From contig NZ_CBDIPG010000002.1 of assembly GCF_965283645.1 (NCBI RefSeq), forward strand, positions 124,113 to 188,112: a DNA stretch of 64,000 bases, in the 5' to 3' direction. The position numbers and the translations under genes are program-made. The DNA comes from Kordia sp. Lineage in GTDB: Bacteria; Bacteroidota; Bacteroidia; Flavobacteriales; Flavobacteriaceae. Below are positions 17,401 through 27,206 of the stretch, in pieces (positions within the stretch are counted from its first letter, which is position 1; each line of letters begins with the position of its first letter). The notes below the pieces were generated by a model that saw nothing but the letters and a program-made list of their open reading frames with translations, was not told where the DNA came from and searched no databases.

Positions 17401-17985
17401 GTTCAATTCTTCATCACTAAATATTTCGCGTACGGAAGCACGCATTTCCACTATATTTTTATGCTCAACCGCTACACCTTTTGGTTTTCCTGTAGAACCT
17501 GAGGTATAAATTACATATGCCAATTCATTTTTAGATGCATGTATTTTTTCGTCTGAATGATTTCCGAGTTTGTCAATCCACAATACATTTTCAACTTCAT
17601 TACACAAATCCGCAGTAGCTTTTGTATCAACAATTGCAGCTTTCGATTTCGAATTTGTCAACATATATTTAATACGATCTTTCGGATATGCAGGATCTAA
17701 CGGAACATACGCGCAACCTGCTTGCATTACGCCTAGTAATGTTGCTACTAATTCCCAAGAACGATTCATACAAACACCAACTAATGATCTGGCTGTTACA
17801 CCACGATTTTTGAGTTCTCCAGCTACTTCATTGGCTTTTTTCATCAACCGTTGATACTCAATATTGAGTTCTCCGTCAATGATTGCTATTCGTTCTGGAT
17901 GTGCCAGCATTTGTTTTTTGATCAATCCACAAATTGTTATTTCTGGATTGTCTTCAATCTGTTGCATTAATGTATCCATTTTCAT
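14413..17985 (-). CDS. Standalone NRPS-like enzyme: adenylation - ACP - PLP-dependent alpha-oxoamine synthase - SCP2-like C-terminus
   Basis: YTSGSTGKPKG, NAYGPTE, YKTGDL and KIRGFRIEL (A domain); FGLDSL (ACP); DQLCHASIVDG, VDEAHS and TLSKALG (AOS); SGRFVLNGQ (SCP2-like). Confidence 0.88.
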   Translation of the reverse strand: MKMDTLMQQIEDNPEITICGLIKKQMLAHPERIAIIDGELNIEYQRLMKKANEVAGELKNRGVTARSLVGVCMNRSWELVATLLGVMQAGCAYVPLDPAYPKDRIKYMLTNSKSKAAIVDTKATADLCNEVENVLWIDKLGNHSDEKIHASKNELAYVIYTSGSTGKPKGVAVEHKNIVEMRASVREIFSDEELNGMLAAASVCFDTSVMEIMGTLSLGGKIILVKNALELTKIPALDEVRTFVMVPSSVQALLATEILPENIKCVVFGGEALKRSLVQQVYAHDSVERVLNAYGPTEDTVYSTISEVARDAKVITIGKSVPNSRAYILNDNLQPVSNGDAGELHLAGTKLARGYLYDEVKTKERFIEITPSEAIPDNRLYKTGDLCRWTENGEIEFLGRVDQQVKIRGFRIELEEIESTLESMNGIDAVAAAAVEGGIGQQMLVVYVVKKDASITTENIKSYISERLPKYMVPQVVNYLDELPLLPNDKLDRKQLMRLSQTPSTKQTTEENLLESFKNSNNSLKEAILATIQSGIATILNINDPKEILPNQPFDAFGLDSLTTLEFSSRLSKSLGKKITAPTVFEYPTANALATYIANITTNGVEAQPTHQPCKVMSDTLAKFQFDIQASFPTFQAANATAWSADDKSKLVQEVLRMVNDNRRNPYGKVLRTGSAATGVVGDAFNDEEQEAIIWSTNLYFGLNRDANVIKEATAALEKFGTGMGISASASGMTNQHVAFEREFADLVGKEDACLFPTGYTANVGAISGILGKNDVVIIDQLCHASIVDGARLSGAEIRTFKHNDANDLEAVLQTEVSPYRTVLVVLESVYSMGEGTAPVAEVVRMAKKYNALTFVDEAHSFGFYGKNGAGICAEQGATADVDFLMTTLSKALGSIGGIIAASREHIGLLKASSRAYIFQASISPADIAAALTSLRMLRADEKLREQLWDRTRYMRRRFEEAGYDLGTGDGPIITPHFGDKDKLYAIVQSLYKRGVQTLAVTYPIVEIGRGRLRFICSAAHTRKDIDKTLEALIEAEREIDAQMLIEEQKQEKVNVTREALQYWVTTFASYLQRWLTQITRPTPNLAISMRISEKSTPITIVIQDGNIAQNTEVITDLPSCAVWIQHQEAFTALQTLDIQAVLDHISSGRFVLNGQVEAFIWFFARLVDFQKDNQEFTKLTSKTSEEVVV

Positions 17986-18248
17986 TTTTCTTTTAGTAGT
18001 TATTAATTAAGTTAATTTCTTAAAAGTCAAATGGATTAGGGAAGTCCAATACTAGTTAGTTATTCACTAAATAATCATTGTAATTTTGAAAATATTAATT
18101 TCGATAGTGCGAATACAGTTATTATATCGATTGTGAATAAAGCTATGATTTAATTACTCAAATTCAAAATAAACGGTGGAATTTTTGAATCGTATAAAAG
18201 TTTATGAATGCTAGAAAGTTAGTAGGGATTCAGTTATAAGTTAATTTT

Positions 18249-18890
18249 TTAATTTTTATTCTCTAACATTGGAACAAAACGGAATTCGCCGAATTCTTTT
18301 TTTGTAAATTCTTTTTCAGAAGTACGCACAAATAAAGTCATAATTTGCGCTTTATCACCTACAGGAATCACAAGCTTTCCTCCTATTTTTAGTTGTGCCA
18401 ATAACGGTTTTGGTACAAACGGTGCGCCAGCTGTAACGACAATTCCGTCAAATGGTGCTTCTTCAGGCAATCCTTTATAGCCGTCACCAAAAATGAGTCG
18501 TTTTGCTCGGTAACCAAGTTTTGGTAGGAATAGACTTGTACGTTTAAATAATTCTTTTTGACGTTCTATACTGTATACTTTTGCGCCCAACTCAAGTAGC
18601 ATAGCCGTTTGATAACCACTTCCTGTACCAATTTCAAGAATTTTAGCACCTTTTGTCACTTCTAATAATTGTGATTGAAAAGCAACCGTAAATGGTTGTG
18701 AAATTGTTTGATCCGCTCCAATAGGAAACGCTTTGTCTTGATACGCATGTGCTTCAAAACTAGAATCCATAAACAAATGACGTGGAATGTTTCGAATTCC
18801 ATTCAGCACATTTTCATCTGTAATTCCTTTAACAGCAACAACTTGTGCTAACTGATTTCGCATTCCTTTATGTTTAAACGTATCTTTCAT
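18249..18890 (-). CDS. pcm: Protein-L-isoaspartate O-methyltransferase
   Basis: QTISQP, LEIGTGSGYQTA, APFDGIVVTA, FRFVPML. Confidence 0.96.
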   Translation of the reverse strand: MKDTFKHKGMRNQLAQVVAVKGITDENVLNGIRNIPRHLFMDSSFEAHAYQDKAFPIGADQTISQPFTVAFQSQLLEVTKGAKILEIGTGSGYQTAMLLELGAKVYSIERQKELFKRTSLFLPKLGYRAKRLIFGDGYKGLPEEAPFDGIVVTAGAPFVPKPLLAQLKIGGKLVIPVGDKAQIMTLFVRTSEKEFTKKEFGEFRFVPMLENKN

Positions 18891-18897
18891 ACCGTCA

Positions 18898-18905
18898 CAA
18901 AAGTA
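18898..18905 (-). promoter_or_regulatory. -7 promoter box for pcm
   Basis: CAAAAGTA reads TACTTTTG on the minus strand. Confidence 0.6.
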
Positions 18906-19021
18906 GGTTTATTTTTTATGTAATTCTCAAAAATAATACAAGTTCGATTCAAAAAGATCTTAGATTTTAGCTAACAAACTCTTTTTCTGAAATGTAACAT
19001 GTTTATTTTAAAAAGTAAATT

Positions 19022-19137
19022 CTAGTGTCCGAATAAAAGAGTAAGACTGCTACACTAGAAGAATAAAGAATCTAGATTTGATGGTAACTATTTGAGAGCC
19101 TTCTAATTCTTACATATAAAGTATTTATCGAACACTA
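19022..19137. mobile_element. Possible MITE/IS scar
   Basis: Imperfect terminal inverted repeats GTGTCCGAATAAA / TTTATCGAACAC, each flanked by TA. Confidence 0.3.
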
Positions 19138-19274
19138 CTAAAAGTGAAAAAACAATTTTATACTTAGAAAAAAGCATTCCATTTAAAAGATTAAAGCATT
19201 CGCAGAAAAGTTTAATTATACAAACACATCAAAGACCATTTGCGTAAATTTGTCGTACTAGAAATTCAATATCC

Positions 19275-20030
19275 ATGAAAAAAACAGAAATTATACTAAC
19301 TTTTGTTTTCGCAACTATTCTTATTGGTTGTAATACTGATACATCAAAACGTACAATTGAAAATGCCGAAAGTGATTACACAGAAAAGAAAACTGATACA
19401 CTTACAAAACATTTAAAACCTTTTAAAGAAGAATTACCTACTATTGGTCTTTTAATGTATAATGGCGTTTTACAAAGTGAAGTTGTAGCAACATCTGATG
19501 TTTTCGCAAAACCTACCGAAGATGGCACACAACTTTTTAATGTGGTTACCATTGCCGAAACTGAAAACCCGATTACCACAGAAGAAGGAATGCGTTTTCT
19601 TCCAGATTACACCTTTGAAAATTGTCCGAAATTAACGGCTCTCTTTGTGCCAAGTGCTTATGATATGTATGCACAAGTTCATAATAAAGAAATTGTAGAT
19701 TTTATTAAAACTAAAAATAAGGAAACCACGTATACTGTGAGCAATTGTGCTGGCGCGCAACTTATTGGAGCCTCTGGAATTGCGGATGGATACAAAATTG
19801 TAACGTGGATTGGTGGTGGTTTACAATTACAAAAGGACTATCCTAACTTGAAGGTTCAGAATGATAGTTTGGTGACTTTTGTAGAAGACGGGAAATTCAG
19901 CTCATCAAACGGGAATTTGGCAAGTTATATTACTGCACTGAATTTATTAGAAAAAATGACAAGCTTAGAACATAGAAAATTCGTAGAAAGCTATTTGTAT
20001 TTAGATCGATTGCAACATTGGAAGAATTAA
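19275..20030 (+). CDS. DJ-1/PfpI family lipoprotein
   Basis: Lipobox LIGC; FENCPKLTALFVP, SNCAGA nucleophile motif. Confidence 0.85.
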   Translation: MKKTEIILTFVFATILIGCNTDTSKRTIENAESDYTEKKTDTLTKHLKPFKEELPTIGLLMYNGVLQSEVVATSDVFAKPTEDGTQLFNVVTIAETENPITTEEGMRFLPDYTFENCPKLTALFVPSAYDMYAQVHNKEIVDFIKTKNKETTYTVSNCAGAQLIGASGIADGYKIVTWIGGGLQLQKDYPNLKVQNDSLVTFVEDGKFSSSNGNLASYITALNLLEKMTSLEHRKFVESYLYLDRLQHWKN

Positions 20031-20177
20031 GACTATTGCCAAACTACCTACGTGTATTTTAAAATATAGCATAATTCGTAAAAATTAGTGGTGAAAAATA
20101 TAAATAATATATAATTGTTGATGATAAGTCCGAAGGTTTTCGAAAAATAAATTATTTTTGTGGAAAACACTTTTTTT

Positions 20178-21143
20178 ATGCTAAAAGCTGGAGTTTTAGG
20201 TGCTGGACACTTAGGAAAAATTCACCTTCGATTATTACAACAATCTTCACAATACGAACTTATTGGTTTTTATGATGCAAATCCTGAATATGCAAAAAAA
20301 ATAGCCAAAGAATTTGGGTATACGTATTTTGATTCAATTGATGCATTAATTGACGCTGTAGATGTGGTAGATATTGTAACTCCAACGCTTTCACATCACG
20401 AATGTGCTAAAAAAGTAATTACAAAAGGAAAGCATGTTTTTATTGAAAAACCAATTACGAATACGGTTGCTGAAGCTGAGGAATTAATTAAACTTGCAAA
20501 CGAACACAACGTAAAAGGACAAGTTGGACATGTAGAACGTTTCAATCCTGCATTTAAAGCGGTAAAAGATCAGATCAATTCGCCAATGTTTATTGAAACA
20601 CATCGTTTGGCAGAATTTAATCCGCGCGGAACTGATGTTCCTGTAGTTTTAGATTTAATGATTCATGATATTGATGCAATTTTAAGTGTTGTAAATTCTA
20701 AAGTAAAAGACATTCACGCTAGTGGTGTTTCGGTAATTAGTAATTCGCCAGACATTGCCAACGCACGTTTGGAGTTTGAAAATGGTTGTGTTGCCAATCT
20801 GACTTCAAGTCGAATTTCCATGAAAAACATGCGTAAAAGTCGTTTCTTTCAACGTGATGCATACATTGCTGTAGATTTCTTAGAAAAGAAAGTTGAAGTT
20901 GTAAAAATGAAAGACGCACCGAAAAAAGAAGATGAATATGCTATGATTCTTCAAAATGCAGAAGGTGTAAAAAAACAAATCTATTTTGAAAATCCAGAAA
21001 TTGACGAAAACAATGCTATTTTGGAAGAATTAGAAACGTTTGCAGACGCAATTAACAATGACACAACGCCAATAGTTTCGTTAGAACAAGGAACCGAAGC
21101 ATTGCGTATTGCGATTCAAATCATTGAAAAATTCAACAAATAA
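20178..21143 (+). CDS. Gfo/Idh/MocA family oxidoreductase
   Basis: GVLGAGHLG, HVFIEKP, GHVERFNP, DLMIHD; TATTTTTG box at 20153 supports ATG 20178. Confidence 0.92.
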   Translation: MLKAGVLGAGHLGKIHLRLLQQSSQYELIGFYDANPEYAKKIAKEFGYTYFDSIDALIDAVDVVDIVTPTLSHHECAKKVITKGKHVFIEKPITNTVAEAEELIKLANEHNVKGQVGHVERFNPAFKAVKDQINSPMFIETHRLAEFNPRGTDVPVVLDLMIHDIDAILSVVNSKVKDIHASGVSVISNSPDIANARLEFENGCVANLTSSRISMKNMRKSRFFQRDAYIAVDFLEKKVEVVKMKDAPKKEDEYAMILQNAEGVKKQIYFENPEIDENNAILEELETFADAINNDTTPIVSLEQGTEALRIAIQIIEKFNK

Positions 21144-21151
21144 TTCTATTC

Positions 21152-21844
21152 ATGTCAAGTATCAAAAAAATAATACATCTTCTTACCCTTTTTACGATAA
21201 CGTTTTCGTTTGGACAGGAAATTATAGAAATTAAAAATATTGATCAAATTAACGTTTCTGACTTGACAAAAGATATTCAAATTGTCAAAAAGGATAAAGA
21301 TAATTTCAAAATGGTATGGTGGATTCCTACGCAATATTGGCAAGTAGTGATGAACGGAAGCTCCATTGTAAATTCAAGTGAAATAGATCAATTTGTAGAA
21401 ATATTAGACGAATATATTTTGGTGGCAACTATGAATTCTGAACTTACAATTACAGGAAATTTTAAACCAAAGTATTCAAAAATTCAACTGAAAGACGAAA
21501 AAGGAAATATGTATGAAGAACTGAAAGGTTCAGAAATTTCGGGAGAATATCTTCAAGTACTTTCTACACTCAAGCCTTCTATGACACAAACTTTGGGCCA
21601 ATTGGGCAAACAATTGAAATTTCACGTATTCAAAAAAACAGGGGAAAACGGAAAACTTATTACACCAATGGCAAAGTTCAGTGAATTTTCATTTATTATG
21701 AATGAAAAATCAAAATTCAGTTTCAAATTACCTTTAGCAAGCATGGTAGAAGAAAAAGTATGTCCTAAAGATAATGAATTGGTAAACGGAAACTGGAAAT
21801 ACTGTCCATGGCATGGAAAAAAACTAAAATTACAGACTAAATAA
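21152..21844 (+). CDS. Secreted hypothetical protein with C-terminal CP..CPWHG zinc-ribbon-like motif
   Basis: Signal peptide; VCPKD..YCPWHG. Confidence 0.7.
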   Translation: MSSIKKIIHLLTLFTITFSFGQEIIEIKNIDQINVSDLTKDIQIVKKDKDNFKMVWWIPTQYWQVVMNGSSIVNSSEIDQFVEILDEYILVATMNSELTITGNFKPKYSKIQLKDEKGNMYEELKGSEISGEYLQVLSTLKPSMTQTLGQLGKQLKFHVFKKTGENGKLITPMAKFSEFSFIMNEKSKFSFKLPLASMVEEKVCPKDNELVNGNWKYCPWHGKKLKLQTK

Positions 21845-21854
21845 ACTATATATT

Positions 21855-22742
21855 ATGAAAAATGTAGCTGTCATCGGAGCAGGAACAATGGGCAACGGAA
21901 TTGCACATACATTTGCTCAATTTGGCTTTAAAGTTCAATTGATAGATATCTCTCAAGCATCTTTAGATAAAGGAATTGCAACAATTACGAAAAACTTAGA
22001 TCGTATGGTTGCAAAAGAAAGAATTTCTGAAGAAGACAAACAAAATACGTTAAACAATATTACAACACATACTTCAATTAAAGAAGGTGTAGAATATGCT
22101 AGTTTAGTAGTAGAAGCTGCAACTGAAAATGTAAATCTGAAACTGAAAATATTTAAAGATTTAGACGAATTATGTCCAGAAGATACCATTTTGGCAACAA
22201 ATACGTCTTCAATTTCAATCACACAAATTGCAGCCGTAACTTCACGTCCAGAAATGGTGATAGGAATGCACTTTATGAATCCAGTGCCCATTATGAAATT
22301 GGTTGAAATCATTCGTGGATATAACACTTCGGATGAAGTTACGAATACCATTATGGAGCTTTCGAAGCAATTGAACAAAGTTCCTACAGAAGTGAACGAT
22401 TACCCTGGATTTGTAGCAAACAGAATTTTAATGCCAATGATCAATGAATCAATTGAAACATTGTATAATGGTGTTGCTGGCGTTGCGGAAATTGATACCG
22501 TAATGAAATTAGGAATGGCGCATCCGATGGGACCATTACAACTAGCTGATTTTATTGGGTTAGATGTTTGTTTATCTATCTTAAATGTAATGTATGAAGG
22601 ATTCAAAAATCCAAAATATGCACCTTGCCCACTATTAGTAAACATGGTAAACGCTGGAAAATTAGGTGTAAAATCTGGAGAAGGATTCTATGATTATTCA
22701 GAAAGTAGAAGAGCCGAAAAAGTAGCAAAAATGTTCAACTAA
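21855..22742 (+). CDS. hbd: 3-hydroxybutyryl-CoA dehydrogenase
   Basis: VIGAGTMGNGIA, ATNTSS, GMHFMNP, GFVANRIL, MAHPMGP. Confidence 0.93.
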   Translation: MKNVAVIGAGTMGNGIAHTFAQFGFKVQLIDISQASLDKGIATITKNLDRMVAKERISEEDKQNTLNNITTHTSIKEGVEYASLVVEAATENVNLKLKIFKDLDELCPEDTILATNTSSISITQIAAVTSRPEMVIGMHFMNPVPIMKLVEIIRGYNTSDEVTNTIMELSKQLNKVPTEVNDYPGFVANRILMPMINESIETLYNGVAGVAEIDTVMKLGMAHPMGPLQLADFIGLDVCLSILNVMYEGFKNPKYAPCPLLVNMVNAGKLGVKSGEGFYDYSESRRAEKVAKMFN

Positions 22743-23182
22743 TGATCGATACAAAACGGTATCAATTGACAAAAAAAGAATACAGAAATGTAGTCTTTAA
22801 TACGTTTCGTAAAAATGTATTAAAATTGATTCCTTTTGTACTCATTTGGAGTTTATTACTAGGTTGGACAGTCAGTTTGCACGTATTGCTTTTTACGCTT
22901 TTGACAATATTTCTATTGAGTATAAAGTTGCTATACTGGCTATCTGTAAAGAATTTAAAACCATTTTTTGCGGAAACACATCTGCAGTTTGACGAAAAGT
23001 TTTTATACCTATCTAAAAGTAATGATACTTCTAAATGGTACTTTAGTCGTCTGAAAAAAGTAGTTGCTGAGCAAAACTATTGGTTGGTATATATTACAAA
23101 TACACAGTATATATATGTGCCAAAACATATATTTTTGACTGAAAAAGATCAAATTGCATTCAAATCTTATCTAAAAGTTTGA
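22742..23182 (+). CDS. YcxB-like membrane protein
   Basis: 2 TM then a YIYVPK-type C-terminal domain. Confidence 0.65.
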   Translation: MIDTKRYQLTKKEYRNVVFNTFRKNVLKLIPFVLIWSLLLGWTVSLHVLLFTLLTIFLLSIKLLYWLSVKNLKPFFAETHLQFDEKFLYLSKSNDTSKWYFSRLKKVVAEQNYWLVYITNTQYIYVPKHIFLTEKDQIAFKSYLKV

Positions 23183-23796
23183 AGCAATTAATTCTGATAC
23201 TATGCGTATGCTTAGTAGGTTGCCAACAAACAACCCACACTAAAAGTACGCCAAAACAACAACAAGAAAAGGCAAACGTAACTAAAAATATGTTTGCCTT
23301 TTTTGATTCACTATTTACAAAACAACCAACGTATATGGCTTCTGGCTTCGATTTTCCTGTTGGAAAACCAAATGCCGACGGTTATTACAATGCGCAAAAG
23401 TTTACCGTAAACAATCATTTAGGTGACGATTGGAATGGAAAAGGTGGCGGCAATACAGATTTGGGCGATCCAATCTACACCATTGGAAACGGATATGTCA
23501 ACTTTGCCGAAGATGTTGGCGGCGGTTGGGGAAATGTGATCAGAATTATTCATAAATATAAAAATAACTATTATGAATCCTTGTATGCGCATTGTGATAC
23601 AATTTCCGTAAAAAAGGGTAGTTTTGTAACCAAAGGCATGCAAATAGGTACTATCGGAAACGCAAATGGCGCTTATTATGCACATGTACACTTAGAAATT
23701 CGCGATAAAATTCTTATGGAAGTTGGTGGCGGATATAGTAACAATACGGAAGGATTTGTTAATCCGACTGAATTTATAACCTCAAACAGAAACTAA
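23179..23796 (+). CDS. M23 family metallopeptidase lipoprotein
   Basis: HLGDD, SLYAHC, HVHLEIR; lipobox LVGC. Confidence 0.88.
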   Translation: MKQLILILCVCLVGCQQTTHTKSTPKQQQEKANVTKNMFAFFDSLFTKQPTYMASGFDFPVGKPNADGYYNAQKFTVNNHLGDDWNGKGGGNTDLGDPIYTIGNGYVNFAEDVGGGWGNVIRIIHKYKNNYYESLYAHCDTISVKKGSFVTKGMQIGTIGNANGAYYAHVHLEIRDKILMEVGGGYSNNTEGFVNPTEFITSNRN

Positions 23797-23797
23797 G

Positions 23798-25036
23798 GTG
23801 GCAACTATAAAACCATTCAAAGCAGTTCGTCCTACACGAGACAAAGTAAGCTTAGTAGCGTCACGCTCATATCAAAGTTATACGCAAGACGAACGTGAAG
23901 CGCGATTGGATTACAATCCGTTTTCATTTTTACATATTGTCAATCCAGGATATAAATATCACAAAGAAATTTCTGGAAAAGACAGATATACGTTGGTTCG
24001 AAATCGTTATTTAGAATTTAAAGAAGATGATGTTTTTACACAAGATGAAACACCTTGTTTTTATATCTACCGAATTGTCAATCGCGAAAAGCAAACCTTT
24101 ACAGGAATTGTTGCCGCCGCAAGCAATGAAGATTATAAAAATAATATCATCAAAAAACATGAAGATACTATTGAATACCGAGAACAAGTTTTTAAAGAAT
24201 ACCTAAAAACTGTCGGATTTAACGCCGAACCTGTACTCCTAACCTATCCAGATTCTAGTACAATTAATGCCATTCTAGAAAAATACACCAACTTGCGTTC
24301 AGAATATGAATTTACAACAACCTACAGAGATACACATTATCTTTGGAAAGTTGAAAATACTGAAGATATTCAAGTAATTCAGCAGGAGTTTGAACACATG
24401 GGCGAAATTTATATTGCGGACGGACATCATCGTTCTGCATCTTCATTCTTATTAGGAGAAGATTTAAAAAATTCGAACCCAAAACATACAGGACAAGAAG
24501 CATACAATGCATTTATGAGTTATTTAATTCCTGAATCTGAATTGCGTATTTACGAATTTAATCGGTTGGTAAAAGATTTAAATGGACTCACAAAAGAACA
24601 TTTTTTACTAAAGCTTGATCAATGTTTCCGAATTGAAAATCGTGGTGTAGAATTATATAAACCAACTAATAAACATCACTTTAGCATGTATTTGGATGGC
24701 GAATTTTATTCACTGTATTTACGTAAAACACATTATGAGTTTACAGATTCTTTAAGTGAACTTGACACCCATATTTTGTACATAACCATTTTAAAGCCAA
24801 TTTTAGGAATTACCGATTTACGCAACGATCAACGAATTGATTATGGATACGACAAACACAATGTTATTGAAATGAAAAACCGTATTGATCAAAAAGAATT
24901 TGCTGTTGGTTTTGGCTTGGTTCCTGCAAATGTTGATGAAATGAAACGTATTGCAGATGAAGGCTTAACAATGCCGCCAAAAAGTACCTACATAGAACCA
25001 AAATTACGAAGCGGCGTTACAATTTATGAGTTTTAG
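23798..25036 (+). CDS. DUF1015 family protein
   Basis: IKKHEDT, YIADGHHR, MPPKSTYIEPKLRSG. Confidence 0.9.
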   Translation: MATIKPFKAVRPTRDKVSLVASRSYQSYTQDEREARLDYNPFSFLHIVNPGYKYHKEISGKDRYTLVRNRYLEFKEDDVFTQDETPCFYIYRIVNREKQTFTGIVAAASNEDYKNNIIKKHEDTIEYREQVFKEYLKTVGFNAEPVLLTYPDSSTINAILEKYTNLRSEYEFTTTYRDTHYLWKVENTEDIQVIQQEFEHMGEIYIADGHHRSASSFLLGEDLKNSNPKHTGQEAYNAFMSYLIPESELRIYEFNRLVKDLNGLTKEHFLLKLDQCFRIENRGVELYKPTNKHHFSMYLDGEFYSLYLRKTHYEFTDSLSELDTHILYITILKPILGITDLRNDQRIDYGYDKHNVIEMKNRIDQKEFAVGFGLVPANVDEMKRIADEGLTMPPKSTYIEPKLRSGVTIYEF

Positions 25037-25111
25037 CTTCAACTTCGCTCAATTAAGTCTTGGTTTTGGCTTAAATTTAATATTTAGCATTCAAAATTTA
25101 TACATAAAAAA

Positions 25112-25792
25112 ATGTCTATTTCAGAAAAAATAAAAGAATTACATACAACTTTACCCAAACATGTAACACTAGTTGCTGTTTCCAAAACAAAACCTGTAGC
25201 TGACTTGCAAGAAGCATATGACGCAGGACAACGTGTATTTGGAGAAAATAAAATTCAGGAAATGGCAGAAAAATGGGAAGTTTTGCCCAAAGACATTTCT
25301 TGGCATATGATTGGTCATGTACAACGGAACAAAGTTAAATATATGGCTGCATTTGTAGATTTGATTCACGGTGTTGATAGTTTAAAATTGTTGAAAGAAA
25401 TTGACAAACAAGCAAAAAAACACCATCGAATTATCAAATGTTTACTTCAAATTAAAATTGCCGAAGAAGATTCAAAATTTGGCATGAGTTCCGCTGATGC
25501 ATCTAGTTTGCTCGCTTCCGCAGAATGTACTCAGTTAGAAAACATACAAATTGTTGGTGTTATGGGCATGGCAACTTTTACAGATGATACAACGCAAGTT
25601 CAAAAAGAATTCAACAACTTAAAAACTACTTTTGATCATTTGCAAGCACAACATGCTTCGTTGGAAATCATTTCAATGGGCATGAGTGGCGATTACGAAT
25701 TGGCAATAAAAGAAGGCAGTACTATGGTAAGAATTGGAAGCAGTATTTTTGGCGCTCGAAATTATACGTCAGCAAGCCAAGTAAATCCTTAG
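25112..25792 (+). CDS. yggS: YggS family PLP homeostasis protein
   Basis: LVAVSKTKP, FGENKIQE, WHMIGHVQ, SMGMSGDY, VRIGSSIFG. Confidence 0.95.
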   Translation: MSISEKIKELHTTLPKHVTLVAVSKTKPVADLQEAYDAGQRVFGENKIQEMAEKWEVLPKDISWHMIGHVQRNKVKYMAAFVDLIHGVDSLKLLKEIDKQAKKHHRIIKCLLQIKIAEEDSKFGMSSADASSLLASAECTQLENIQIVGVMGMATFTDDTTQVQKEFNNLKTTFDHLQAQHASLEIISMGMSGDYELAIKEGSTMVRIGSSIFGARNYTSASQVNP

Positions 25793-25838
25793 GATATTTT
25801 TATATTTATACCCTAAACCTAAAACGAAAACGCATAGC

Positions 25839-27203
25839 TTGTACGCAATAGTAGACATAGAAACAACTGGTGGAAAGTACAATGAAGAAGGAATTACAGA
25901 AATTGCAATCTATAAATTTGATGGTCATGAAGTTGTAGATCAGTTTATAAGCTTGGTAAATCCTGAACGTGACATCCAACCTTTTGTAGTAAATTTGACA
26001 GGAATTAATAGCAAAATGCTTCGTGATGCTCCAAAATTTTACGAAGTTGCCAAACGCATTGTAGAAATTACAGAAGACTGTATCATTGTAGCGCACAATG
26101 CAAATTTTGATTACCGCATCTTACAATTAGAATTCAAACGCTTAGGCTTCCCATTCAAACGAAAAACTTTATGTACAGTAGAATTGTCCAAAAAGTTAAT
26201 TCCAGAAATGGAATCATACAAACTTGGAAAACTAGTACGTGCTTTGGGTATTCCGATGAGTGATAGACATAGAGCTTCCGGCGACGCTTTGGCCACTGTA
26301 AAACTCTTTAAGTTATTACTTGATAAAGATTCCGATAAAAACATCATTCAGCAAGCTGTAAAGACAGAAATTCGTAAAAAAGTAGCTACACGCCTACTCG
26401 ATATTATTGAAAGTTTGCCTTCTGCAACAGGCGTTTATTATATGCACAATGCGAAAAGTGAAATTATTTATATCGGGAAAAGTAAAAATATTAAAAAGCG
26501 TGTCAATCAGCATTTTACAGGAACAAATAATAAATCTAAAAAGATTCAGAAACAAGTTGCTACGGTAACTTTTGAACGTACAGGAAGTGAGTTGGTAGCA
26601 CTTTTGAAAGAAAGTGAAGAAATAAAACGTAACAAACCAATTTATAACAGAGCGCAACGCAAAACCATTTTTCAATATGCAATGGCTTCTTACAAAGATG
26701 AAAACGGCTATATTGGATTAAAAATTGAAAAAGCTGACGGACGTAAAAAGCACATTACTACTTTTACCAACATATCTCAAGCAAAACACGTCATGTTTAA
26801 GCTGACGGAAGAGTTTGGTTTGTGTCAAAAAATTAATGAATTATACCGTTCAAAATCACATTGTTTTCAATACACAATTAAAGAATGTGCTGGCGCTTGT
26901 ATTAATGAAGAAGACGTTGCTAATTACAACAAACGTGTACAAGAAGCAATAACAAAATACAGCTATCAAAATCAAAATATGTTGATTATCGACAAAGGTC
27001 GTGCGCATGATGAACGCAGTGCTATTCTTATTGAAGACGGCGTTTACAAAGGGTTTGGTTATTACAGCTTAAACTACCAAGTAACCAACATTGAAGTTTT
27101 AAAATCAATTATTACTCCAATGCAAAATAACAGAGACGTACAACATATTATTCAGAGTCATCTTCGTCGAAAAAATAAATTTAAAATTATCCCATTACAG
27201 TAG
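25839..27203 (+). CDS. DEDDh 3'-5' exonuclease (DnaQ-like) fused to GIY-YIG (UvrC-like) domain
   Basis: VDIETTG, AHNANFD, HRASGDA, GVYYM..YIGKS. Confidence 0.9.
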   Translation: MYAIVDIETTGGKYNEEGITEIAIYKFDGHEVVDQFISLVNPERDIQPFVVNLTGINSKMLRDAPKFYEVAKRIVEITEDCIIVAHNANFDYRILQLEFKRLGFPFKRKTLCTVELSKKLIPEMESYKLGKLVRALGIPMSDRHRASGDALATVKLFKLLLDKDSDKNIIQQAVKTEIRKKVATRLLDIIESLPSATGVYYMHNAKSEIIYIGKSKNIKKRVNQHFTGTNNKSKKIQKQVATVTFERTGSELVALLKESEEIKRNKPIYNRAQRKTIFQYAMASYKDENGYIGLKIEKADGRKKHITTFTNISQAKHVMFKLTEEFGLCQKINELYRSKSHCFQYTIKECAGACINEEDVANYNKRVQEAITKYSYQNQNMLIIDKGRAHDERSAILIEDGVYKGFGYYSLNYQVTNIEVLKSIITPMQNNRDVQHIIQSHLRRKNKFKIIPLQ

Positions 27204-27206
27204 CTT

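Noticed and set aside
2115-17985. RiPP precursors and NRPS-like gene as one biosynthetic cluster
   Set aside because: They are 12 kb apart, separated by housekeeping genes and the cassette array, and no chemistry links them.
14413-17985. Calling the gene bioF or serine palmitoyltransferase
   Set aside because: The AOS domain is fused to A and ACP domains and has no biotin operon context, so a primary-metabolism symbol is unsupported.
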